Source: an uncultured Gammaproteobacteria bacterium
GTDB taxonomy: Bacteria > Patescibacteriota > Microgenomatia > Levybacterales > UBA12049
Direction: 5' to 3'
Assembly: GCA_964490105.1 (NCBI GenBank)
Contig: CAZAZU010000001.1
Location: 306,361-370,360, forward strand
Length of the DNA: 64,000 nucleotides
Part shown: positions 1 through 9,854 of the stretch, piece after piece
Numbering within the stretch: the first letter of the stretch is position 1
Layout: the number at the start of each line of letters is the position of its first letter
Position numbers and translations under genes: made by a program
Notes under the pieces: generated by a model
Told to the model about the DNA's origin: nothing
The model's input: the letters and a program-made list of their open reading frames with translations, nothing else
Database searches by the model: none

Positions 1-521
1 GTAAGAATTTTATCTGCTGATTTTATGTTTAATATATCTAAATTTTTTCTAACAAATCTATTTGTTTTTTCGTAAAATTTTCTAACTGGATCAAGATTCT
101 TTGGAATTCCTAAAATCGGCTCGTAAATAAATCTGTAATTCGTGTTATGACAATAAAGAATTTTATTCTTGTTCTTAAATAAAAGTAAAAATGGAGCTTC
201 TATGTATTTTGAACCGTTTACAAAAAGGATATCATACTCTTTTTCTCTGATGTCATTAGCAATTTTTTTGTGAAGTAAAAATAACTTAAATAACTCTACG
301 GAATCTTTGTAAATTTTTGCTTTCCAATTATTTCCTTTCCACTTTTTTGATTTAAATTTGTAAACAAAAGTTTTTGTGTAATATTTTTCATAGTTAAATT
401 TGTTATTTTCCTGCGTCGTATATAAATCAACTATATGATCTTTTTTAAGTCGAATCGCCATCTCGTTGATGACTTTTAACGCTCCCCCTTCCGGAAGCTC
501 ATGAAACACAGCGATTTTCAT
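1..521 (-). CDS. Glycosyltransferase family 4-like, N-terminal part. The gene continues beyond the window start, so the C-terminus is outside.
   Basis: My own minus-strand translation starts at ATG 521-519 and reads MKIAVFHELPEGGALKVINEMAIRLKKDHIVDLYT... This looks like a GT4 (group 1) N-domain. It is absent from the ORF track because it runs off the edge. Confidence 0.45.
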   Translation of the reverse strand, partial: MKIAVFHELPEGGALKVINEMAIRLKKDHIVDLYTTQENNKFNYEKYYTKTFVYKFKSKKWKGNNWKAKIYKDSVELFKLFLLHKKIANDIREKEYDILFVNGSKYIEAPFLLLFKNKNKILYCHNTNYRFIYEPILGIPKNLDPVRKFYEKTNRFVRKNLDILNIKSADKIL

Positions 522-1274
522 AAAAATTATTACCTGAACTATACAAGACGTCGACTATTTAGGTCAATCACAATTTTTAATTTTGTTGCTATAATACTTG
601 AAATTATTATGATGCTAACAGTAGTTGTATTAATCAGAAATAAAAAAAGTCTTTCCATTCATACACATAAATCAATCAAATTTTCCAATGATTTAATATT
701 CACGGAAAATAAAAACCAGGCGATAAAGAATGCTAAAAATGAATGGATTTTATTCTTAGAAAATGGCGACAAAATTTCTCCTGCTCTTCTTCGGGAATTA
801 AAAAACAAGACAAAACAAAAAACTTTCGATGGATATTTTATTAAGAAAAAAGTTATCTATGAAAATTCAATGCATTTAAATAATAATTCCTTAATTTCGC
901 AAAATTTAATACTTGGTAATAAAAATAAAGGAAATTGGGATAACGAATCGTGGAACATAGAAGGAGAAATTGGAATTATCTCTTCTCCTGTTATTTCATT
1001 TCGCAGGCCAACCTTGTCAGACTTTATTTCAGAAATAAATGAGTACACAACTGTGCGATCAAAGGAATTATTCTACGAAGATGAAAATGTAAATTATTTA
1101 AAAATTATTTATCCTACTTTTAGAAGATTTATAAAAGAATTTGTAATAAATAAAAAAATATTAAATGGATTTGAAGGATTTATCGTATCTGTTTTATTAA
1201 GCTTTAGTGTATTTATTCTTTTTGTAAAACTTTTGTATATTAAAAAAAATAATTCTAGTCCTGATAATTTTTAA
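501..1274 (+). CDS. GT2-like protein with degenerate motifs. The start is uncertain and it may be a pseudogene or non-catalytic remnant.
   Basis: The segment ...NAKNEWILFLENGDKISPALL resembles the GT2 region around the DxD motif (xxGEYIxFLDxDD), but the acidic motif is degraded. The ORF start overlaps the start of the minus-strand GT4. Confidence 0.25.
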   Translation: MKHSDFHKNYYLNYTRRRLFRSITIFNFVAIILEIIMMLTVVVLIRNKKSLSIHTHKSIKFSNDLIFTENKNQAIKNAKNEWILFLENGDKISPALLRELKNKTKQKTFDGYFIKKKVIYENSMHLNNNSLISQNLILGNKNKGNWDNESWNIEGEIGIISSPVISFRRPTLSDFISEINEYTTVRSKELFYEDENVNYLKIIYPTFRRFIKEFVINKKILNGFEGFIVSVLLSFSVFILFVKLLYIKKNNSSPDNF

Positions 1275-1977
1275 TTTTTTTTAGATCCTCTGCCATTTTT
1301 TCTTTTTTCCAAACATCAAATACGTTTTTATCATGATCATGGATTTTTTTATTATTTACTCTTAAATATGAATCGTCCGCCATGGACTTACCCACTTTAT
1401 AATGCATATGTTCGATAATTACCTCAGGGAAGTAGTATAGCTTTTTAAGCTGTTTCCCTATCTCCATCCAGGATTTATCAACCCACATATGATAAAGCCC
1501 AGGTATTGCTATAAACCCTAGTGCACGAAAAATATTTCCCGAAACAAAAGCAGCAGTTGAAAGTTTTTCTCCATACATTAAATCATTACCGTAACACACC
1601 CCCTTACCTCCGTTTTCCTCAATTTTTTTTATAAATTTTTCTTCCCAACCCTTAGTTCTTATTCTGTGGTCATCGCTAACTATAAAATAATATTTATAAT
1701 TTGGATATTTCTTAAATGCTCTATTTATGGAATCACACATATATTTACCACTCCCAATATCAAACATAATATCCTTGTGTCTGATGTATTCATTAAGCGT
1801 AATGTCATCATCGTCTAGACAAGTTACAACGTCAGACAGACCGCTTGTTGTTTGTCTCCATGATTTATAAAATCCTTCAATTTTCTGAGGTCTTGCTTTT
1901 GAGGATAATTGTATTAATATTGGTTTCACGAAAGTATTATAACATTTACTTTTATCAATAGATTTATTCTTAATCAC
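1255..1977 (-). CDS. Hypothetical protein, possibly a nucleotide-diphospho-sugar transferase-like enzyme
   Basis: 240 aa ORF with acidic DDDD and SDDH motifs. It sits in a glycan locus and has no secure family assignment. Confidence 0.3.
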   Translation of the reverse strand: MIKNKSIDKSKCYNTFVKPILIQLSSKARPQKIEGFYKSWRQTTSGLSDVVTCLDDDDITLNEYIRHKDIMFDIGSGKYMCDSINRAFKKYPNYKYYFIVSDDHRIRTKGWEEKFIKKIEENGGKGVCYGNDLMYGEKLSTAAFVSGNIFRALGFIAIPGLYHMWVDKSWMEIGKQLKKLYYFPEVIIEHMHYKVGKSMADDSYLRVNNKKIHDHDKNVFDVWKKEKMAEDLKKIKNYQD

Positions 1978-1995
1978 ATATAATAATATTTTGAA

Positions 1996-3603
1996 TTGAT
2001 GAAAAATATAATAAACAAAAATAAAAAAACACTAAAATCTTTTCATATTTTTTTTATTCTACTTATTGTCACCCTGATTATTCCAAGACTTATTGTTTTT
2101 ATATCGAGACAGGAATACATGGAAGGGTTTGCTTACTACTACTTCTTTGCAAGATCAATAATTATTGATCACAATTTTCCTTTAATTGGCCCTGTCGTGG
2201 GAGATGTTGGTGGATTTGCTCAGGGAGCAGGATGGTTCTATTTGCTCACTATCCCCTTTTTTATTTTTAATGGAAACCCATTCGGAATGTCAGTGCTAAT
2301 TTTTTGTATTAGTATTGTCACTTTATTGCTAGGGTCCATCATCGGATACACTATTATTGGCAAACGAGAGGGAGTATTAATATCTATTCTACTTGGCACC
2401 TCCCCGTATTTAATTAGTTGGTCCAATGATATTTGGCCACCATATGTTGTCCCCTTTATCGCTGTTCTTTACATTTTAGGATTATTACTTTTTCTTAAAA
2501 TAAATAAAAAAAGGTATTTTTTTATCATGCCTATTTGCCTCGGTGCAATGGCTCATTTTGAAATTGCATCTCTTGGACTATTATTTCCGAGTTTTATTTC
2601 TTTGACAGTATTTTTATTCATAAAAAATAAAATTATAAAAAAAGACATATTAATATCAGCAATATTTTTTGGGTCTTTTTTTATCCCACATCTAATTTAC
2701 GACCTAAAAAATAATTTCTACAACTTAAAAGGCATATTAGATTTAATATTATTTAAATCATCATCAGATAGATCGATTACACTCTCTGCAACTCTTGCTG
2801 ACAGGACACATTTACTAATAACTGATTTCATCAAAGTTTTTCCTACACCAGAAACTGGCACATTGTTATTATTTATTCTAATCTTACTTTTTGGCTACCT
2901 AAAATTAATAGGAGATAAAAAAATTAAAAACTGGCAAAAGATTTTTACTTCTTATTTACTAACCTCAATTTTATTAACCTTTATAAGCGTGTGTATTTTA
3001 CCTGTAGAAAGAGCTTCCTTCTGGTGGTTGACGTATTTAACAATATTTTATATTTTCTTTTCTGGCTTAATCACTTCATATATTTATTCAACTAACTATA
3101 GATTGCTTAAAATTATTTTGACAGTCATACTCAGCATTTTTGCATATTCATTTTTTAACAACTTTCTTATTATTTTAAATAATGAAAAACAATTACGATC
3201 AGTAAAGTATGTAATTAGTAAACAGTCACCTATTGAATTTATCTACAAAGATTCTCAAGATAAACCATTTAGAACATTATTTATAACTGGCGAGAAGGAC
3301 GTGGTAGACTATAAATACATGCTATGGTATGTTGGAAAAACTGATTTTCCCAACTCTCAGGCGATTAAGTTACTTGATTTAAACTACACACTTAAAGGCG
3401 GTGTGTTATTTAGCTACGATGAATCTACTCAATTTAGTAATTTAAAAAATGGATTATATTATTTAATTATTTCTAAAAACTCAGTAGAAAATGGTCACAT
3501 TGACAAAATATTAAAAAATGTAAATCTCGACTTAAAAGATACTAACTACATTGATCCATCTGGTTATTTTGAGGTTAAAAAATTTAATATTGATAAAAAT
3601 TAA
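1996..3603 (+). CDS. Polytopic membrane protein, putative GT-C fold glycosyltransferase
   Basis: 535 aa. The N-terminal about 400 aa are highly hydrophobic with multiple TM segments, followed by a soluble C-terminal domain. This architecture and the locus context fit ArnT/PMT/YfhO-like proteins. Confidence 0.4.
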   Translation: MMKNIINKNKKTLKSFHIFFILLIVTLIIPRLIVFISRQEYMEGFAYYYFFARSIIIDHNFPLIGPVVGDVGGFAQGAGWFYLLTIPFFIFNGNPFGMSVLIFCISIVTLLLGSIIGYTIIGKREGVLISILLGTSPYLISWSNDIWPPYVVPFIAVLYILGLLLFLKINKKRYFFIMPICLGAMAHFEIASLGLLFPSFISLTVFLFIKNKIIKKDILISAIFFGSFFIPHLIYDLKNNFYNLKGILDLILFKSSSDRSITLSATLADRTHLLITDFIKVFPTPETGTLLLFILILLFGYLKLIGDKKIKNWQKIFTSYLLTSILLTFISVCILPVERASFWWLTYLTIFYIFFSGLITSYIYSTNYRLLKIILTVILSIFAYSFFNNFLIILNNEKQLRSVKYVISKQSPIEFIYKDSQDKPFRTLFITGEKDVVDYKYMLWYVGKTDFPNSQAIKLLDLNYTLKGGVLFSYDESTQFSNLKNGLYYLIISKNSVENGHIDKILKNVNLDLKDTNYIDPSGYFEVKKFNIDKN

Positions 3604-3616
3604 ATGCAATAATTAC

Positions 3617-4255
3617 CTAACTGATTTTTTTTGTTTTGACTGCGAAAATATGAAAAGCTATTCTCGGAAAAAACCTGGTAATCTGTTGAGATAAATGCGA
3701 AATATAAAGCCAAACGTACCAAGGCTTATACTTAATGCTTGCCTCTTTACCTCTAATAATTTTTAATCCATGCATTCCCATGACGCGATAACCTCTTTTT
3801 TTAAATTCATGACTCTTCCATCCGGAAAGATGCTTCATATAAGGATTGCCATTGACGATTCCTTGTTTATGAAAACCCTCAGGAGTGAGTATGATAATTT
3901 TTTTTCTCGCAATCCATTCCATATCCTCCATCAATTTAATTCCATCTTTTTTATTCAAATGTTCAATTACATCAATAGCTACTACTGCGTCAAATGAATT
4001 TTTTTTATAAAACTTTCTAAGAAATCTTACATCTCCTTTTTTGTAAGCATCGTGTATCCAGAGTTTTTTATTTTTATTAATAGGCAATAAATCAATTCCC
4101 TCTAGATAATAATCTCTAGTAATTTTCCCAAACTGAGAATGTATCCCGGAACCGACTTCTAAAACAGACTTAAGACCTTTAAGTTCTTTTTTTAACTCGG
4201 AAAGAAGAGGTTCCTCCGCACTTCGTATGATCCTTGATTTAATTTCCTTTTTCAT
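3617..4255 (-). CDS. Class I SAM-dependent methyltransferase
   Basis: Motif I LEVGSGIH and post-motif II AIDVIEHL are typical of the Methyltransf_11/23 fold. Confidence 0.6.
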   Translation of the reverse strand: MKKEIKSRIIRSAEEPLLSELKKELKGLKSVLEVGSGIHSQFGKITRDYYLEGIDLLPINKNKKLWIHDAYKKGDVRFLRKFYKKNSFDAVVAIDVIEHLNKKDGIKLMEDMEWIARKKIIILTPEGFHKQGIVNGNPYMKHLSGWKSHEFKKRGYRVMGMHGLKIIRGKEASIKYKPWYVWLYISHLSQQITRFFPRIAFHIFAVKTKKIS

Positions 4256-5139
4256 TAGAAACTATTCCTAAACTTATTAATTTTCCTGAATAACTTTATT
4301 CTTAAAAAATGATTTATATCAAGTAAAAATAATTCTATTTTAAAAAATGTTTTTCCCCGGGAATCTTCAACAAGTATTAAGTCTTTAAATTTATTTTGAT
4401 TTCTTGCAACGTATAGTGGCAACATATCTATCCCGCCTATCTTAAACTTCCATCCGAATCCAAATGGATCATTGCCCAATAATATCGCTTTTCGAATTTT
4501 TTCAGGAGTATTATATTTGTCGTTATTCAATTCCTGATGCGCAAATGAAGATAGCTTTTGTTGAATTTTTTTAATTCCTCCCATATATGAAAAGTGCCAG
4601 CCACCATCGGAAATTTCAACATCCGGAGGTAAATATGAAGTTAAATATATATCTTTAAAAATTTTCTTGAGATCTTTATATTTAAACATTCTAGTTGTGT
4701 GCTCTGAATGCTTAATGCTTTCCGTATAAAAATTTAGGTAATAAAAACAAAGAGTTTGACTAAAAGCTTTAAGCCTCCCTGGCTTATCTTTCCACTCAAG
4801 AATCTTATCTGGTCTCGGAATTTCATCAACACATGAGTAAAGAATTACGTCCTCAGGTTTGCAATTCTTTAATCCTCTTTCTACCGCAGTGAGCTGATGT
4901 CTTTCAATAATCCATGTCATTCCTACATTCGGACTATCCTCAACGACCACATGAATTATCTTATCTTTAAATTTTTTAAATCTTTTTTTGTTTTCGTTAT
5001 AAAAAAGTTTTTTTGGCTTATTGGTATGTGAAACTGTTCCTTCCACAAGAACAAATTTATCCACCACATCCTTTAGTTCATTTAATCTTATTTCTAAAAG
5101 ATCAAGTTCGTTATAGAAAAGAAAGGTATCGTAAATCAT
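4255..5139 (-). CDS. Glycosyltransferase family 17-like (MGAT3-like beta-1,4-GlcNAc transferase family)
   Basis: The N-terminus MIYDTFLFYNELDLLEIRLNEL...VDKFVLVEG matches the characteristic GT17 start (xIYDCFxFxNELDLLElRLnxL..VDyFViVE). Confidence 0.55.
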   Translation of the reverse strand: MIYDTFLFYNELDLLEIRLNELKDVVDKFVLVEGTVSHTNKPKKLFYNENKKRFKKFKDKIIHVVVEDSPNVGMTWIIERHQLTAVERGLKNCKPEDVILYSCVDEIPRPDKILEWKDKPGRLKAFSQTLCFYYLNFYTESIKHSEHTTRMFKYKDLKKIFKDIYLTSYLPPDVEISDGGWHFSYMGGIKKIQQKLSSFAHQELNNDKYNTPEKIRKAILLGNDPFGFGWKFKIGGIDMLPLYVARNQNKFKDLILVEDSRGKTFFKIELFLLDINHFLRIKLFRKINKFRNSF

Positions 5140-6035
5140 ATTTTTTTATCAGAAATTAATTTTGATCTATGAGCTTTATTTTTAATTAATGATTCGACTA
5201 TACTTTTCGTGCTTTCTTTAAATTCGAAATTAAATGTTTTTTCAAACTTATGAGTATCAATTACTGTATTCATGTTTGATAGACTTTGTTTATTAATCTC
5301 TAAATCAATTTTTAATAAATCGGATATTGTTTTCCCAATTTCATAAATCGTACTGTTATAGCTAGCTAGATTATAAGTGCCTCTTTCTGCTTCGTTTTCA
5401 ATTATAGACTTTATAGATCTTGAAAAATCATTTATTCCTAAAATTGATCTGCGATCTTTAGGATTATAAATTACAATTTTTTTATTATTAATTCCGTTCA
5501 TATACAATTGATTTATCATTTGATTTATACGAAAGTTTTTTGCATATCCATTCATAGTTGCCATTCTTAAACTAAAATAATTAACTTTACTTAACGCAGC
5601 TATATCGTCAATTGCTTTTTTAGTTATGTCATAGTGCTTTAATAATCGACCCTTAACATCTTTTTCAGAAGCACTTTTTTTACCTGTGTCTCCGTAGACT
5701 CTAAAACTGCTTGCATATATAAATTTCTGATTTGATAATTTTTCTAATAAATCTACGAAATTTATAAGGTTATTTTTTAAAGAACCAGAAACATCAGATT
5801 CACACATTGAGACAGTTGAATGCCCAGCCAGAAGAATTACAACACCATAATTATTTAGAAATCTTTTTGATAATTTACCATAATTCATTTTTATATTTTT
5901 AGGATTTGTTACATTCCCGAACATTTCTGAATCAACCGTATCAACACTATATTTTTTTTGCTTTAAATATGGGAAAAGACTGCTTCCAATATATCCACAA
6001 CCACCAATAATTAGGATTTTTTTCATATCTGACAA
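5136..6035 (-). CDS. NAD-dependent epimerase/dehydratase family protein (short-chain dehydrogenase fold)
   Basis: N-terminal Rossmann motif ILIIGGCGYIGSSL, then SSFRVYG and YDITKK (YxxxK). Confidence 0.65.
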   Translation of the reverse strand: MSDMKKILIIGGCGYIGSSLFPYLKQKKYSVDTVDSEMFGNVTNPKNIKMNYGKLSKRFLNNYGVVILLAGHSTVSMCESDVSGSLKNNLINFVDLLEKLSNQKFIYASSFRVYGDTGKKSASEKDVKGRLLKHYDITKKAIDDIAALSKVNYFSLRMATMNGYAKNFRINQMINQLYMNGINNKKIVIYNPKDRRSILGINDFSRSIKSIIENEAERGTYNLASYNSTIYEIGKTISDLLKIDLEINKQSLSNMNTVIDTHKFEKTFNFEFKESTKSIVESLIKNKAHRSKLISDKKI

Positions 6036-6091
6036 AATTATAATATCGGTATAATATCAGCTAGGAACATTTGAGTAAAGAAACTTGAAAA

Positions 6092-7342
6092 TTAGATAAT
6101 TTTAGGTTTTGGGAAGGGTATAATAAATTTTCCTCCTGTGTCAGAAAAACTCTTGTTCTTCTTAATTATGGCTTCTGAAAAATTCCACGCCAATATTAAC
6201 ATATAGTCTATTTTTTTATTATTTAAAAAGGAGGAAGGAACAATTGGTATTCTTTTTCCCGGCGTAAACCTTCCCTGCTTCCAGGAACTGTCGTCAATAA
6301 TAAAGTCTATAGTTTCAGTTCCAATATTAAAATAATTTAAAAGTGTGTTACCTTTTGCTGGTGCTCCATACCCTGCAATTGTTTTATTTTTTCCTTTAAT
6401 ATTTATCAGTAGTTTTAATAAGCTTAATCTAACATGTTGTATATCATTAAAAAAATTAATATATGTTTGAGCATTATCAAGCTTAAGCTTTTTTTCTAGA
6501 TTAAGATGTTTTTGTACGGATCCGGAAAGTAAGTGTTTTGCGTTTTTATTTTTTACAAATATGCGGACTGTTCCACCATGCACTGGCAGACCCTCAACGT
6601 CAAATATTTCCATGCCAAAACGATTAAAAAGCGTTTGCAACGGCTTAATCGCAGGGAAAGAATGATGCTCATGATAAATCAGATCGAAATATTTATTCTT
6701 TAACATAACCGGTAAATATGGCACCTCAATGATAAATACCCCATCTTTTGCAAGTAAGTATTTTACGCCCTCTAACAACTGGTCTAAATTACTAATTTGT
6801 GCAAATGTATTGTTAGCGCAAATTATCTGGGCTTTACCGTATTTTCTCTCAATATTCTTTGCAACCTTAATTGAAAAAAAATCTTTAATAGTCTTAATCC
6901 CGTCTTTTTCTGCAACTGCTGCAATCTCCTTCACAGGGTCTACGCCGATCACACTTGCTCCTAAATTCTTAAATCCTTTCAGTAAAATGCCATCATTACT
7001 TCCGACATCAACAACTAATGACTTTTTTTGTAAATCAAACTTTTTATGAATATGAGCTGCATACTCTAGAAAATGCTTAACAAAAATAGGCGAAGTTGAT
7101 GAAACGTAAACATAATCATCAAATAATATTTCCGGCTTAATCTCATGTCCTAACTGAAGAAAATTGCAATTTGTACAGAAATAAACATCAAGAGGATAGT
7201 AAATTTCTTCTTTTTCTAAATTTTCTTTTAAAACGTATGAATTAGCATTTGGCTGAGGTCCGAGGGAAATTATTTTCCTAAGAGTATCTTTTTTACATGC
7301 CCTACAAAGAGATATCTTAATAACGCGATCATTTATCTTCAT
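6092..7342 (-). CDS. NDP-hexose C-methyltransferase family protein (TcaB9/TylC3-like), paralog 1
   Basis: N-terminal 4-Cys zinc ribbon (CRAC...CTNC), central SAM-MT fold (VVDVGSNDGILL, DGVFIIE) and the YHEHHSF motif of the C-methyltransferase C-terminal domain. Confidence 0.7.
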   Translation of the reverse strand: MKINDRVIKISLCRACKKDTLRKIISLGPQPNANSYVLKENLEKEEIYYPLDVYFCTNCNFLQLGHEIKPEILFDDYVYVSSTSPIFVKHFLEYAAHIHKKFDLQKKSLVVDVGSNDGILLKGFKNLGASVIGVDPVKEIAAVAEKDGIKTIKDFFSIKVAKNIERKYGKAQIICANNTFAQISNLDQLLEGVKYLLAKDGVFIIEVPYLPVMLKNKYFDLIYHEHHSFPAIKPLQTLFNRFGMEIFDVEGLPVHGGTVRIFVKNKNAKHLLSGSVQKHLNLEKKLKLDNAQTYINFFNDIQHVRLSLLKLLINIKGKNKTIAGYGAPAKGNTLLNYFNIGTETIDFIIDDSSWKQGRFTPGKRIPIVPSSFLNNKKIDYMLILAWNFSEAIIKKNKSFSDTGGKFIIPFPKPKII

Positions 7343-8571
7343 TTTCGGGAGAAAAAATCCTCAAAACTATCAAGAATAAATCTAATCATTTCTTTCGTAA
7401 TTGATGGATGAACAGACACAAAAAAACTGTCATTTAGTACCTTGTCTGAATTCGTAAGCGGTTTATAAATTCTGAAATCTGAATCTTCATAAGCAGGCTG
7501 TTTAATTATATTTCCTGCGAAAATTACCCTTGTCTCGATATTTCTATCTTCTAAAAATTTTCTAATTTCTCCTCTTATATTCTTACTTTTTAGTGTTAAT
7601 GGAAATGCGAACCAGCTTATGTCAGTGTCTTTGGGAGGAGCAGAAATTAAAAATGGAAGGTTCTTCTCCTCAACCCCTTTAACAAGCTCCAGATAATTTT
7701 CAAGACGGGCTTTTTTTATTTTCTTTATTTTCTTAAGCTGAACTCTACCCATGGCCGCTTGCAATTCAATCGGCTTAAGATTAAATCCCTTTGTTACATA
7801 CGTATATCGCGCAGGATAATCAGCCGGCAGACCTGCTTTTTTTGCTACTTTTACAGCATCTGTTTCATCTGCTCTGCCCCACTCCCTAATAGACTTGGCA
7901 TTTTTGTAATAAATATTTGAATTCGTAAACATTGCTCCGCCTTCTCCCGTGGTGATAATATGCGCTGCATGAAAAGATGTCGCTGAAATGTCAAAATAAC
8001 TTTCAACATATTTATTTTTATATGTTGAGCCAAACCCGTCACAGTTGTCCAAAATTGTTATAAGGCCTAGTTTTTTAAATTTCTCAAGCTTTGTCAGCTC
8101 TACAGTATTCCCGGCAATATTTACTACAATTATGGCTTTTGTTTTTTTTGTAATTGCCTTCTCTGCCTTTTCCAAATCAATACATAGATTATTTATATCA
8201 ACGTCTACATAAACAGGGGTTAACCCATTATATAGACATGCGCTTGCTACAGTTGGGAAATTTACAGCTGGAATAATTACTTCTGATCCTTTTGGAAGCA
8301 TTAACGAGGAAATTGCTAGCAACAGTGCTGATGACCCGGAGTTAGTAAACAAAGCATGTTTAACGCTGGCTTCTTTGGCAAGTTCATTTTCAAAAAGTCT
8401 GCCTTCCTCATCTAGTGTCCACCAATTGCGATCAAGTACTTTTTGTATTGCCCTATGCTCTCTTTCATCAACGACTGCTCCCCCGTATTTAATTCTTGTT
8501 TTACCTGGAATAAATTTTGATTTTATGTCCTGCTGCATCAATATCACCTTTTTGCTTAGGTATAATAACAA
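7339..8571 (-). CDS. DegT/DnrJ/EryC1/StrS family PLP/PMP-dependent enzyme with the active-site Lys replaced by His, putative sugar 3-dehydratase (ColD/E1-like)
   Basis: The fold-type I sugar aminotransferase motif region SFHAAHIITTGEGG aligns to ArnB SFHAIKNITCAEGG with the Schiff-base K at position 6 replaced by H. This is the signature of ColD/E1 3-dehydratases. Confidence 0.65.
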   Translation of the reverse strand: MLLYLSKKVILMQQDIKSKFIPGKTRIKYGGAVVDEREHRAIQKVLDRNWWTLDEEGRLFENELAKEASVKHALFTNSGSSALLLAISSLMLPKGSEVIIPAVNFPTVASACLYNGLTPVYVDVDINNLCIDLEKAEKAITKKTKAIIVVNIAGNTVELTKLEKFKKLGLITILDNCDGFGSTYKNKYVESYFDISATSFHAAHIITTGEGGAMFTNSNIYYKNAKSIREWGRADETDAVKVAKKAGLPADYPARYTYVTKGFNLKPIELQAAMGRVQLKKIKKIKKARLENYLELVKGVEEKNLPFLISAPPKDTDISWFAFPLTLKSKNIRGEIRKFLEDRNIETRVIFAGNIIKQPAYEDSDFRIYKPLTNSDKVLNDSFFVSVHPSITKEMIRFILDSFEDFFSRK

Positions 8572-8592
8572 TTAAACATTTACTTGTAAAGT

Positions 8593-9834
8593 TTACTTGT
8601 GAGGTGTTTGGGGCGCCTGTTTAAATACCTTATATAGAAAGTAAAAGATGAACGGAAGAGGCGACACAGCTCCGACTGTTGCAGCAATTACAGCTCCTGA
8701 TAATCCCCACATTAATATCATTGGGTAAATTAAAGCTATCATAACAGTAAAAGCTGTAAGCATAATTACTAAATTATATTCTTGCTTTTTTACAGCGTAA
8801 AAAACCGACCCAACCGGACTGAATACTGCGACTATAAATGCAAAAAGAGACATAAGTTTAAGTATTTGCGAAGCCTCCATCCAACTATCACCAAGAAAAA
8901 TCTGAATCAGTTGTGATGGGAAAAGAAAGAATATGACCGCAATAGGCAAAGTAACAATTGCAATCATGGATGTAGTTTTTATGTAAGCTCTTAGTAGTCT
9001 TCTTCTATCATCTGAAATCTTAACATAAACCGGAAAAGTTACTTTAGCGATTATCTCAGCGAGCTCCGTTGTTGGAAGTAGAGCGATAGTGTATGCCATA
9101 TCATAAATTCCTAAAGAAGTTGTACCCAGCACGCGTCCTACAACTATATTATCTCCATTTGAAAATAGGTATCCAAATGCTCCGGATGAGGTAATCCATT
9201 TACTGTGAGTAATAATATCTTTAAAAATATTTTTTTGAAATATAAATTTAGGCCTTGGTTTTACTATATAAAAAGATAGGATTACTTCAAAAATAGCGCC
9301 GCCCACTAACCCCCAAACTAGTGAGATTGGATTCTTTGTAACCAAAACCAAAATTAATGAGATCATGGTTTCGACCAAAACTATGCTAATTCTGTAATAA
9401 AATTCTTTTTTAAATTTTAATTCTTTCTGGAATTTCGCAACTGAAGGATTGATAAATCCTCTGACTAGTGGCACAAAAGAAATTAAGATTAGAAGACTCT
9501 TAGCTTCCTCGGATTTAAAAAAACTAGAAACAAATCCTGCAGATAGAAAAATTATTAAGAATATTATTAATCCCCTGCCAATTGAAATAATCCATGCTGT
9601 GTTTATGAACTCGTCAATTTTTTCTTTTTTTTGAACCAGAACTACATTAATTCCTGTTTCCGTTAATGTCTCTATGAGAGCAAGCATTAATGCAGCAATG
9701 CCAAAAATTCCAAACTGTGAAGGAGATAGAATTCTGGCAATTACTAAAGTTCTTAAAATAGAAGAACCTCTTGAAAAAAACTTTAAAGCACCTAGCCATG
9801 ACGCTCCGACAACTGCAGTTCTTAAATAACCCAC
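8593..9834 (-). CDS. wzx: Polysaccharide/oligosaccharide flippase (Wzx-like, MOP superfamily)
   Basis: 413 aa with about 12 predicted TM helices, the typical length and hydropathy of an O-unit flippase, and it sits in a glycan locus. Confidence 0.6.
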   Translation of the reverse strand: MGYLRTAVVGASWLGALKFFSRGSSILRTLVIARILSPSQFGIFGIAALMLALIETLTETGINVVLVQKKEKIDEFINTAWIISIGRGLIIFLIIFLSAGFVSSFFKSEEAKSLLILISFVPLVRGFINPSVAKFQKELKFKKEFYYRISIVLVETMISLILVLVTKNPISLVWGLVGGAIFEVILSFYIVKPRPKFIFQKNIFKDIITHSKWITSSGAFGYLFSNGDNIVVGRVLGTTSLGIYDMAYTIALLPTTELAEIIAKVTFPVYVKISDDRRRLLRAYIKTTSMIAIVTLPIAVIFFLFPSQLIQIFLGDSWMEASQILKLMSLFAFIVAVFSPVGSVFYAVKKQEYNLVIMLTAFTVMIALIYPMILMWGLSGAVIAATVGAVSPLPFIFYFLYKVFKQAPQTPHK

Positions 9835-9854
9835 AGAATAATTATATCAGGCAA

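Noticed and set aside
6729-7049. Antisense ORFs of 60-116 aa embedded in long genes. Examples are 6729-7049, 7851-8042, 36443-36715, 41732-42002, 48907-49257, 49515-49832, 51885-52151, 56684-56959 and 63107-63757.
   Set aside because: All lie fully inside well-supported genes on the opposite strand or in an alternate frame. They have low-complexity composition with no start or RBS context, as expected for chance ORFs in a gene-dense genome.
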